Under the pieces are notes generated by a model, which had not been told where the DNA came from, made no database searches, and saw only the letters and a list, made by a program, of their open reading frames with translations. DNA of 19,924 nt from positions 1-19,924 of the forward strand of contig NW_021824065.1 in assembly GCF_006345805.1 (NCBI RefSeq). The letters run 5' to 3'. This DNA is from Octopus sinensis (taxonomy: Eukaryota). Shown piece after piece: positions 10,211 through 19,336 of this stretch. Within the stretch, counting starts at the first letter, position 1. The number at the start of each line of letters is the position of its first letter. The translations under genes were made by a program, and so were the position numbers.

Positions 10211-10386
10211 TCGTTAACTAATGAGTTTGAAATGTATTCATTAGTCCAACAGAGTGCGTTCTAAGCTGTCTAGGATTTTTATCGGAAGCAAGATTTTGTT
10301 TACTCTGTGACAAACTGAATACAAAAACCTTTAAACATATTAGAATTGGTCTAAGTTTGTATTATTTCTGTCACTGCCCCTTGCAC

Positions 10387-10396
10387 TTGCTAACGA

Positions 10397-10435
<39 letters not shown>

Positions 10436-10470
10436 ATATATATTATATATATATATATATTCGTTAGCAA
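10387..10470. repeat. (TA)n tract flanked by perfect unique inverted arms
   Basis: TTGCTAACGAA (10387-10397) ... TTCGTTAGCAA (10460-10470). Confidence 0.9.
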
Positions 10471-10809
10471 CTATATAAATATAATTTGTAAAACTTATAC
10501 GTGCTGGATTTCGGTCGAGCGTACTGTATCTAGTTCTGGGAATTGTATTTTGTAAACGACAGACTATGCTGATGATTTTGCAGATGTTTGTGTATCCATA
10601 TATGTAAATATTAACAGGTGAAACTAATTAGTACATAGGTAATGGTTTTTTTCTATTTCGTATATTTTCATTTGTCTTGCTTATTTTTACACTTTGGCTT
10701 TTTGCTGAATTTTTTGTTGAGAACACATTCTTCGTGGAAAATGGCGATTTTGACATCTATATCTAGCATATAGGCAGTCCATTTTTTTTGTGGTCAGTCC
10801 TCTAAATTT

Positions 10810-10811
<2 letters not shown>

Positions 10812-10861
<50 letters not shown>
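10812..10861. repeat. Perfect (TA)n microsatellite
   Basis: Visible. Confidence 0.97.
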
Positions 10862-10864
<3 letters not shown>

Positions 10865-11326
10865 GGCTAGTCAAGTATGAAGTTTGAAATCTGACGCAAC
10901 ACCACATACGATTAAGTGGAAAACAACTGAAAAATCCACACCTTACGTTATGGATCAAATAAATGTAAACCATGCTGAACTGAAAGAGCTCAAATCTTTT
11001 TCAGATGTAAGATCCCTAACGTACTGCTGAACTCTAGCTCCGAGATTTTCAGCGGTTGTAAACATACGTCTGAGTACCTTTTGAAAAATTGGAAAATTCC
11101 GCCTACACCAGATTAATTTGTCGTTATATTTTCTCGCCTTATAATTTAAGTTCTAAGGGAGATAACTCTTTTACCTTTTCACATATTTCTGATTACTTTT
11201 TCGTTTTCCGTTATTAACCTTCCAGGTTTTCTATATGCGTCTTTCTCGACTTTCATTCAATTTTTAGTTCCTTATGTTATGAGGCTTGTGCCTGATGTCT
11301 GTGTGGAGATGTTACACATGCTATAA

Positions 11327-11783
11327 TTACCTCCGCCCAAGGAAGGAGGTTATGTTTTTATCGGCGTTGGTTTGTCCGCCTGTCCGTCTGTGTGCAAAAT
11401 AACTCAAAAAGCTGTGAACGAGATTCAATGAAACTTGCAGGAAAAGTTGGTAATGACACAAGGAATAGATGATGAAACTTAGGTAGTGATCCGGGAATTT
11501 TTATGCATTCTAGAAGGATTTTTCATTCGTTATATTTACTTTACATGAAGGAGGATGATTGATACTATACACAGAGGGATGTAAATGTAGGTTTAGTTTG
11601 GTATGGTTAGGGTTAGGTTTTTTTAAAAATCATATGACTGTTATATTTTTTTTTACCCCCGCCAAGAAGGTTATGTTTTTGGCGGCGTTGGTTTAGGAAA
11701 TTGGGCGATTTTCAGCATGCGTGTATATGGGTGGAAATGAGCTGCTTGGCGGAGGTCTGCGCTCTCCGAGTGCTTCTGTAGTT
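11327..11783 (+). mobile_element. Helentron-associated non-autonomous element (HINE/DINE-1/pearl-like)
   Basis: 5' subterminal TTACCTCCGCCCAAGG; short GTCC/GTCT repeats; 3' subterminal CTTGGCGGAGGT (11745-11756) followed by the hairpin GCGCTC-TCC-GAGTGC and ...TAGTT. It is flanked by TT with no longer TSD. This is the established HINE architecture. Confidence 0.83.
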
Positions 11784-12619
11784 CATTTGCAGTGTCCAAC
11801 TTGAAAGAGAGATCTGCCTGCTTTTCAACAGTTTTCAAAGGCAGAACGTTAATGCGCTTAGGTACTGAAGGCTTTTGTAGTCTTCTGTGTTTCAGATGGA
11901 ACGTAGCCCTACTACGGAGAAGAGAACGGTCAGAGAGATAACAAGTGTTATGAAAGGAACATGCAATGTTAAAGTCCCTAATATCTTGTTTCTTAGTAAT
12001 AACATAGTCTATGGGATATCAATACTTAGATCTACAATGCATCCAGGTCGCCTTGCAACAATTTATTTGTTGAAAAAAAAAGGTATTTGTGATGCTTAGA
12101 CTGAAATCCCTGCAGGTGGAGAGCACAGGCAGACCGTTAGAGTTCATTCGACCTACACCATGGCGACCAAGGACAACCTCCCAGGCCTCATAGTCAGTAC
12201 GAACACTATCGTTAAAGTGGCCCTTAAGGATAAGTTTATCCCTATGGTGATGACTGGAGGAGACATCACGGGGCTAGTTGTAAAAATTATCCTTTCCCTG
12301 CTCGGTGCTGGCCATGGTTGGGGCACAAACCGACAAGCGTAGCACGAGTGTTGTCATCAAGTTCCAACGTTGGTGTCATGATGCGATCAGAAATACCCTT
12401 GGGTAGAGAAAGAAGTGGCGTGGCTCGTCTTCATTTCTTCCACACCAGAAAAATATGTATCCGCCTTTACTTTCTTCTAACTGTGATGGTCCTGCAAGAC
12501 GAGTTATATTTCTTTAGTTCAAAGGTAACCAGTGGTGTTTTTCGTTCTGGTACTGAGTGATTGTCTTAGAAAGTGCGCTCATTCCAAGAACCAAGGTTAA
12601 TATTCTTAGATTTCTTCAT
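11784..12619 (-). pseudogene. Degraded APE endonuclease domain of an RTE (BovB-like) LINE ORF
   Basis: From ATG 12619: MKKSKNINLGSWNERT..., PERKTPLVTFELKKYN, GGYIFFWCG, CAPTM, DKLILKGHFND, LGRHGVGRMNSNG, SITNTFF, ATWMHCRSK, IDYVIT, SDR. This is the ordered RTE APE motif set (WNVR, GDFN, ITNT, TW.HPRSK, IDY, SDH), with stops, frameshifts and two deletions. Confidence 0.93.
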
Positions 12620-13280
12620 GTTTCGACTGCGTTACTGAATAACCCAAACAGCTTCAGCAGACTGCCATGTTTAAGATGAGTAAGCAATGTTTGGGGCTCC
12701 TTTTCTCACCCTTCCCCCCGTTAGGGAAAGCAGTGCTGTCTAAATAGACCTGCTTTGTCACCACTGGAGGACACGGACAGCACAATTACTCACAAGTTCT
12801 GTGATGGGACAGCCATCACCCAACGGTCACCGACTGTATAGAGATCCAGCAAGAGACTTCCAGTAATATCCTTTATCTGTCCCTGCTACTTTCACTCTCT
12901 CGCCAGACGACTTTTTTTATTTTTGCAAGTTGAAGCTGTGCCGTATGTAGGTTGTCAGAAAATCCCCACACATGATTTGATTTGAGTGTTGAAAGCTTGT
13001 ATAGGACCAGTCACGCTTTTTGGAAGTGATGATAACAAGAATATGGTGCACATATGTGCCACAATACCAAGAACAACACATCTCAGGTTTTTTCTTTAGA
13101 GGTTTCGGTCTCCTAGACGAGGTGCTATGAGAAAGCTCGAAAGCCTAGACTAACCTATGTGTCAGAGTACAGCTCGGTTAAGGAGACCGTCAGCAACCAA
13201 AAACCTGGTTTTATATCAGTTTCCCTCTCCTCGATGGGATGCCTTCACCACAGTTAAGGAGCCCCATCTTCCCCCTAGTA
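12620..13280 (-). mobile_element. Probable 5'UTR of the same RTE LINE, with two copies of a structured motif
   Basis: Contiguous with the ORF start and higher in GC than the flanks. Related motifs lie at 13101-13152 and 13207-13275 and resemble the recalled RTE 5'UTR motif GGCAGATGGGGCTC...CCCATCTAGGAGAAGGAAAAC. The outer boundary is approximate. Confidence 0.6.
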
Positions 13281-13297
13281 TATGGAACATATATATA

Positions 13298-13673
13298 TTT
13301 ACATGAAGTTAAATATATATCCGGTCAAAGGCGGCGAGCTGGCAGAAACGTTAGCACGCAAGGCGAAATTCGTAGCCGTATTTCGTCTGCCGTTACGTTC
13401 TGAGTCCAAATTCCGCCGAGGTCGACTTTGCCTTTCATCCTTTCGGGGTCGATAAATTAAGTACCAGTAACGCACTGGGGTCGATGTAATCGACTTAATC
13501 CGTTTGTCTGTCCTTGTTTGTCCCCTTTATGTTTAACCCCTTGTGGGTAATAGAGAAATATATATATCCGGTCATAGACTGACCAATAGTTTCGCATCCA
13601 AAGGCTAAGCGTTTTATGGACGTGAAGCCATTGGTCACTCTATGACCGGACATATATTTAACTTAAAAGTAAA
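13298..13673. mobile_element. ~130-bp palindromic MITE-like element interrupted by a SINE
   Basis: Removing the SINE and one TSD leaves AAGTTAAATATATATCCGGTCATAGACTGACCAATAGTTTCGCATCCA...TGGACGTGAAGCCATTGGTCACTCTATGACCGGACATATATTTAACTT, an almost complete inverted repeat. Confidence 0.75.
13328..13559 (+). mobile_element. tRNA-derived SINE, family B1, full length with a 15-bp TSD
   Basis: Head AAGGCGGCGAGCTGGCAGAAACGTTAGC; body GCCTTTCATCCTTTCGGGGTCGATAAATTAAGTACCAG. TSD ATATATATCCGGTCA at 13313-13327 and 13560-13574. Confidence 0.95.
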
Positions 13674-14059
13674 CACGATGCAGTTCTAACTTTAGAGTGT
13701 TCTTCGGATATATGATTAACTAACGATATATGAGCGTCAACATAGAACACTCCCGGCCCTTGAACCACTCTGTTGCTCCTGCTAAATATAAATAAATATA
13801 TACATATACTCATATATTTTGAGTTCTATTTTCCTGTTTGCATCACCATACCTGTATGCACAGATATATGTGTGCATTTGTGCTTTTTGTTATATATAAG
13901 CGTTTATATATAAACTTAGATACTTAGATATGTCTCGACTATTTTTGGCCCAGACAATGGGTAACTTAATAGCATCATTTGGAATAAATCATTTAATCAT
14001 ACCTCATATTTCAGTTATTCTTTAACCATGCTTCATATTTCAGTCATTCAGTCATTCGA

Positions 14060-14480
14060 ATAAAATGTTATTGTCTGTAGATTATATCAGGGTGTAGGCA
14101 GTTTGTCTGGAACTTGTTGGAGGTATTCATCCAAGAAACTTTGGTATACTATGACATCTTTTTCTCCTCTTTTATATCTTGGTATGGTGTTAAAGAGAGC
14201 AGGGCCATTTGAGTTGAAATAGTGTTGAGCGACGCGAACATAATTTTTATAGAGGATGGATGGCACGAGGACCAACCCTGGGGAGAATACTAAACTTGGT
14301 GCAAAATTCATTCGGGCAATGTTGACAGAATATTTTCCCCATCATACAAATTAAATAGCGCTCATGGTGGTGCTGGAAGAAATCGTTTTGGGGCTCCTGG
14401 AACATATCCCGGTAATCATGTATTTTTATGTATATACGAGCAAAATGCCCCCCGTCCAATGACCGGTGCTGAGTTGTCAA
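14060..14480 (-). pseudogene. Degraded C-terminus of a CR1-like LINE RT ORF (weaker similarity may extend to about 14960)
   Basis: Overlapping frames give ...HHHERYLICMMGKIF...CPN...PRVG and FNSNGPALFNTIP...FLDEYLQQVPDKLPTP, matching the recalled CR1-type pattern RRRERY.I...WKI...VPN / GPRLFN.LP...F...LD.YL...PD.P. Upstream, NDNILLD...VSRAI and KLRKSSASPE are only weakly ORF2-like. Confidence 0.7.
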
Positions 14481-15214
14481 ACATTTAAACCAAATTTTCT
14501 CAAAACAACTTGTCCGACCGTCCCATAGGCCTCCCCATTGAGAAACACTGATTTAACCTAAATTTGAGATACCAGACAAAGAAGAAATAAAGATAGACAA
14601 ATGCACGTTCCCACGGCTTTATCGTTCGCATTCTCGGAATGCGGAAAAAGAAGTTGAGAATATGTGTTATATATGGATGGCATGGATGGCATGGAAGTAT
14701 ATAACGCTCCGGACTGGCAGAGGATTTTCTAAGTTTTTCCAATATTTTTTCTTCCTGTAAATAGCTCTGGAGACATTTTCATTTTCTTGGTCGAACAAAT
14801 CCAACAGGATATTATCGTTTATACCGGAATGTTTTCTTGGTGGATAATGAACACTTTGATATATAAGGAATTTAAGAACTTTCAGGAGACTGAAGTTAGC
14901 TTCCTTGGAGAAGATGCTTTCAGCTAAGTCGACAATTTTCGTGGTCTGTCAAAGCTCACACGATCACTGCTAGAGGTTATAGCTTCTACGCTTTGAAGCT
15001 GAGTAGCTGGCTTATTCTTTTTCTCTCATTGTTGTGAGGGGAGAAGAAAGGAAATTGTGGAATACTAACGAAATGTCGTAGCTCACAAAACATGAAATAT
15101 TTTACAGATCACATTAGGAAATAATTAACCTTAAATTTGTACTAATTAAGATATGCTTTTGACTGGAGCACTTGTACATGAAACGTACAATTTTTAGGGG
15201 GGAGAAAGTTGATT

Positions 15215-15295
15215 ACACACACATTTGTACACATATACATCCAAATGTATATATACATATTTTTTCACATACATACTTACATCTACACATATATC

Positions 15296-15360
<65 letters not shown>

Positions 15361-15362
15361 CG
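15215..15362. repeat. (CA)/(TACA)/(TA)n microsatellite
   Basis: Visible. Confidence 0.95.
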
Positions 15363-16044
15363 TGCATGCATGTTAATTAAATATGTCCATAGGCTGCGAA
15401 CCGAACACGGACCCCGGTAAGTCCAATATTTCTCAAAAACCGCAAACACAGACCATCTGGAATTTCTTAACCAATAACACACCATTTGTTCTTCCTTACA
15501 GACTTAAATCATTTTACAGCTAATTAGGCCCAACATCAATTACATCAATGCCACCATTCTAAGAAGGTCGCTCCAATGCGCATTAATAGCGAATACTCAT
15601 CTCTCCCTCTTTTTCTCTCTCTCTGGCCGACTCTCGCTACCCCCCCTCTCTCTCTACCTCGCTTTCTGGCTTAACTTCATATATGAATATATTAAACAGT
15701 AAAGCAAACCAACCGTACACTTTCTGAAATAAAGGAAATTAATGCTTTTACATATTTCGTCTTTATAATTTGCTGGGTCAATTGGAAATTCAACGTTCAC
15801 CCCGACCCCAAAAATAATAAACAAAAGCAATTTCAATTAAAACTCCTACCACCGCACCAACATACATTAATAAAACAACAACAACAAAAACTGCAATACA
15901 ACAAAATGCAAGTCAATGGCGTAGCTGAATTATGTACGAGTGCGCTTATATAGTTTGTAACGGCATTGGTAAATGCCAACAAGAGCTCTTCATACGGTAA
16001 ATGTGCATTTTCGATTGTGTATGTTTGGAATATTTATCGTTTCC

Positions 16045-16174
16045 TTTTTCTTGTTTCAGACATGAGATTGCGGCCATGCTGGGGCATCGCCTTGAAGAAA
16101 TTTAGTCCAACGAATCGACCCCCCCAGTACTTATGTTTTGCTAAAACTTGTTAATTTTGTTAAAGCTTGGTACT
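16045..16174 (-). mobile_element. 3' fragment of a family-A-type SINE
   Basis: The minus strand reads GGCGATGCCCCAGCATGGCCGCAATCTCATGTCTGAAACAAG, plus ATAAGTACTGGGGGGTCGATT; homologous to 2370-2465. Confidence 0.8.
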
Positions 16175-16425
16175 AAAATGCTTAGCGGTATTTCGTCCGC
16201 CTTTATGCCCTGTAAGGAAATAAGCTGCCAGAGTCTTTAGCACGCCGGGCAAAATTCTTAGCGGCAATTTGTTCGGCGCTACGTTCTGAGTTGAAGTTTC
16301 CCCGAGGTCAACTTTGCCATTCATCCTTTCGGGGTTGATGAAATATGTACCATTTGAACACTAGTGTCGATGTAATCAACTTTCTCCTACCCTACAAATT
16401 ACTGGCCTTGTGCCAAAATGTGAAA

Positions 16426-16430
<5 letters not shown>
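16175..16430 (+). mobile_element. Family B2 SINE (diverged), preceded by a ~35-nt internal family B fragment
   Basis: AAAATGCTTAGCGGTATTTCGTCCGCC at 16175, then a full copy from about 16214 (TTAGCACGCCGGGC...GTTCTGAGTT...CATCCTTTCGGGGTTGAT) ending in GGCCTTGTGCC and (ATT)n. Confidence 0.82.

Positions 16431-16516
<86 letters not shown>
16430..16516. repeat. (ATT)n followed directly by (GTT)n
   Basis: Visible; forms the SINE tail. Confidence 0.97.
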
Positions 16517-16726
16517 AAGGCTGTGAGCTGGTAGAATCGTTAGCACGTTGGACGATGTGCTTAGCGGTATTTCGCCCGGTGTTGCGTTCTCAGTTCAAAT
16601 TCCACTGAGGTCGACTTTACCTTTCATCCTTTTGGAGTCGATTAAGTACCAGTTGCATACTGGGTTCGATCTAATCGATCCAGACCCTCTCTCCAAATTT
16701 CAGGCTTTATACCTATAGTAGAAAGG

Positions 16727-16780
<54 letters not shown>
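16517..16780 (+). mobile_element. Family B2 SINE with an (ATT)n tail
   Basis: Same head and body as 13328-13500, but the 3' end is CCAAATTTCAGGCTTTATACCTATAGTAGAAAGG followed by (ATT)n at 16727-16780. Confidence 0.9.
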
Positions 16781-17006
16781 GAGTGAGAGAGTAGTATGTA
16801 AAAAGAACTTTATATAAATAACATTTCTAAATAGGTACCAATTAGAAAATATAAATATCATGTAGGGTGTAATAATAACAATTTCTTAAACCTATAATAA
16901 AACCCTTAATTTTATAAAAAGATTACTTGATAGTAAAATTTTGGTTCATAACTTAATTATTTCTTTAGCCGACATTAAAAATCAGTCCTTTATAGATATT
17001 ATCGTG

Positions 17007-17515
17007 GAGGCGTAATGGCCCAGTCGTTAGGGCAGCGGACTCGCGTTCGTAGGATCGTGGTTTCGATTCCCAGACCGGGCATTGTGAGTGTTTATTAAGC
17101 GAAAACACCTAAAGCTCCACGAGGCTACGGCAGGTGGGGGGGGGGTGATCCCTGCTGTACTCTTTCACCACAATTTTCTCTCACTCTTCCTGTTTCTGTT
17201 GTACCTGTATTTCAAAGGGCCAGCCTTGTCACACTCTGTGTCACGCTGAATCTCCCCGAGAACTACGTTAAGGGTACACGTGTCTGTGGAGTGCTCAGCC
17301 ACTTGCACGTTAATAAATGAGCTGCGACATCACAGGTGCCAAGCTGTATCGGCCTTTGCCTTTCCCTTGGATAACATTGGTGGCGTAGAGAGGGGAGGCT
17401 GGTATTCGTGGGTGACTGCTGGTCTTCCATAAACAACCTTGCCCAGACTTGTACCTCGGAGGGTAACTTTCTAGCTGCAATTCCATGGTCATTCATGACC
17501 GAAGGAGGTCACACA
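17007..17515 (+). mobile_element. Composite SINE: family C head and body fused to the family E 3' part, with a single 15-bp TSD
   Basis: The head matches 6684-6843 (minus). 17315-17510 matches 3491-3692 (minus). TSD ATAGATATTATCGTG (16992-17006) / ATAGATATCATCGTG (17516-17530). Confidence 0.9.
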
Positions 17516-18802
17516 ATAGATATCATCGTGACAAGTAAATATAATTTTTAGTCTAACATTTTGATTTATTAAATGTTTTCTAAAAATATCTTACCTATTG
17601 ATGTTAATAAGCTAAATATACCTTACCATAGTTTTGGTATATAAACTATTTTACCCCTTTTCTATAATGTTCTACCAATGATTATTTATTTTATTTTATT
17701 TTCAAAACTAGCTCTTATTTATTTATTTACAAAATTACCCTATGTTTATATCTCTATAAATTTCATACTCAACTGATATAAAACTATGCTGGTATATTCA
17801 CTATTTAAAATAAAAGAAATATGGTTAGACTAAAATTGTTAATATTTAATATATAATTTTAACATATTCTTTTACCTCAATTTTCCTTTATTAATACCAA
17901 TAAATATCATTTAATCAATAACTCTTAGTATTCTTTAGATTAACCCTAAACTTTATCTGTGATTATACAAATAACAACATTGTTTTATGGTAGGTAAATG
18001 TAGCACTATATGATAAGACTGCCCCTGTCCCATTAGCATTGGTCTGCATAATAGAAGCTAACATCTTGTTTGAAGTATTTTCTTACTGAACCAGTTTATC
18101 AGAAGAAGGAAGGATTGATAGAAATGAGCACAAGACTCCAAGTGATTCCAAGGGCAACCCATTGAAGCCATCCCTCCACATTCATGAGAAATATTGTAAA
18201 GAAATGCAATGTGTCTTTGTTTCAAATAAATCTTGATTTATGGCTATGCCACTTAAATTGTCTATCAACTTTATCCCACCACAAACTGATACTACCCTCT
18301 GTCTTCTCTCAGATTTGATAAACTAGTCTGTAAAATAAAACCTGAACCCTGCCCCGTAATTAAATCTAAATAACAGAAATAATCAGTGAAAAGCAGTGTC
18401 TTTTTTTGAAAAATTTCAGTTACAACTGTGATTGTGTGATGTTTGTTTGTTGTTGAAAATGTTCTTTGTCTATCTCCTTATCCTCTGGTGATTTTGGATA
18501 AAATTATACTAATGTGTCCTTCGAATTTAATTAAATTCTATGTTTTTGTGCCGCTGAAGATTGCTATACATTTTAAATTGGTGTAATGTTTGCGTTGTTC
18601 AATTAAATGGAGTCGCATGAAACGATCGTACTGCATTACCTCCGGATATCCTTGTTGCTTATGTTGATCATAATCACTTTATTTTAAATTGTATGGATAA
18701 TACCATACTAAATTCTGGTGCCTTCAACTTAAGTACCATATTCATCTGAATCTAAATTTTTACTGACCTTATCTACCATACCTAGAGTATATATATATAT
18801 AT

Positions 18803-18924
18803 ATCAACGTGATCACCGTAACCGACCAGGCTATCAGATGTTGCTACACATCGCTGGTCACAATGCGCTTCGTATTGTTTCAGCCTTCAAATGACGCCAC
18901 CCCGCTGGCTTAGCGAGCAGGCCA
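18803..18924 (-). mobile_element. Probable headless 3' fragment of another octopus SINE-like repeat
   Basis: A GC-richer island between (TA)n tracts (CGTGATCACCGTAACCGACCAGGCTATCAGATGTTGCTACACATCGCTGG...) that I recall as a high-copy octopus repeat. There is no second copy in the window to confirm it. Confidence 0.5.
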
Positions 18925-19059
18925 TATATATACACATATACTCACATATGTATATGTCATTATATATATTTATATATTTATACTCATCTTTATACATATA
19001 TACACACACATGCATATATACATACATACATACATACTTATACATACTTACATACATAC

Positions 19060-19105
<46 letters not shown>

Positions 19106-19175
19106 TGGAGACAAGGAGAGAGAGAGAGAAGAGAGGTAGGGAGAGGAGAGAGAGAGAGAAACTTCACACGCGCAC
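18925..19175. repeat. Compound (TA)/(TACA)/(GA)/(CA)n microsatellite
   Basis: Visible. Confidence 0.95.
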
Positions 19176-19298
19176 ACACTACACATATCCTAGTTTTTAT
19201 CCCCTCGATAATCATACACAATGGCAAATTTAAAGTCGTTTTTATACAAAACATTTAACAAAAGTCGGCCAAATTGCGAATGGTAAGCAAGTGAAAAA

Positions 19299-19336
19299 GG
19301 CGGGGTGGGGGCGGGGTGGGGGTGGGGGTGGGGGGG
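19299..19336 (+). other. G-quadruplex-forming motif containing GC-box-like GGGGCGGGG
   Basis: Six runs of 4-7 G separated by single-nucleotide loops. Confidence 0.75.

Noticed and set aside
9717-10264. Poly-Ser, Pro/Leu-rich, Lys/Arg-rich or poly-Glu proteins
   Set aside because: Several frames are open only because of the TCY triplet repeat; there are no convincing start or splice signals.
11600-11620. Interstitial telomeric repeat (GGTTAGGGTTAGG)
   Set aside because: Only about two units, lying inside the HINE element.
14515-14552. hAT-like terminal inverted repeat CAGTGTTTCTCAA on the minus strand
   Set aside because: No partner repeat or 8-bp TSD found.
17530-17960. Nuclear mitochondrial insertion (NUMT), suggested by about 80% AT and a hydrophobic translation
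   Set aside because: With the invertebrate mitochondrial code I found no conserved COX/CYTB/ND/ATP motif, and TAA stops remain.
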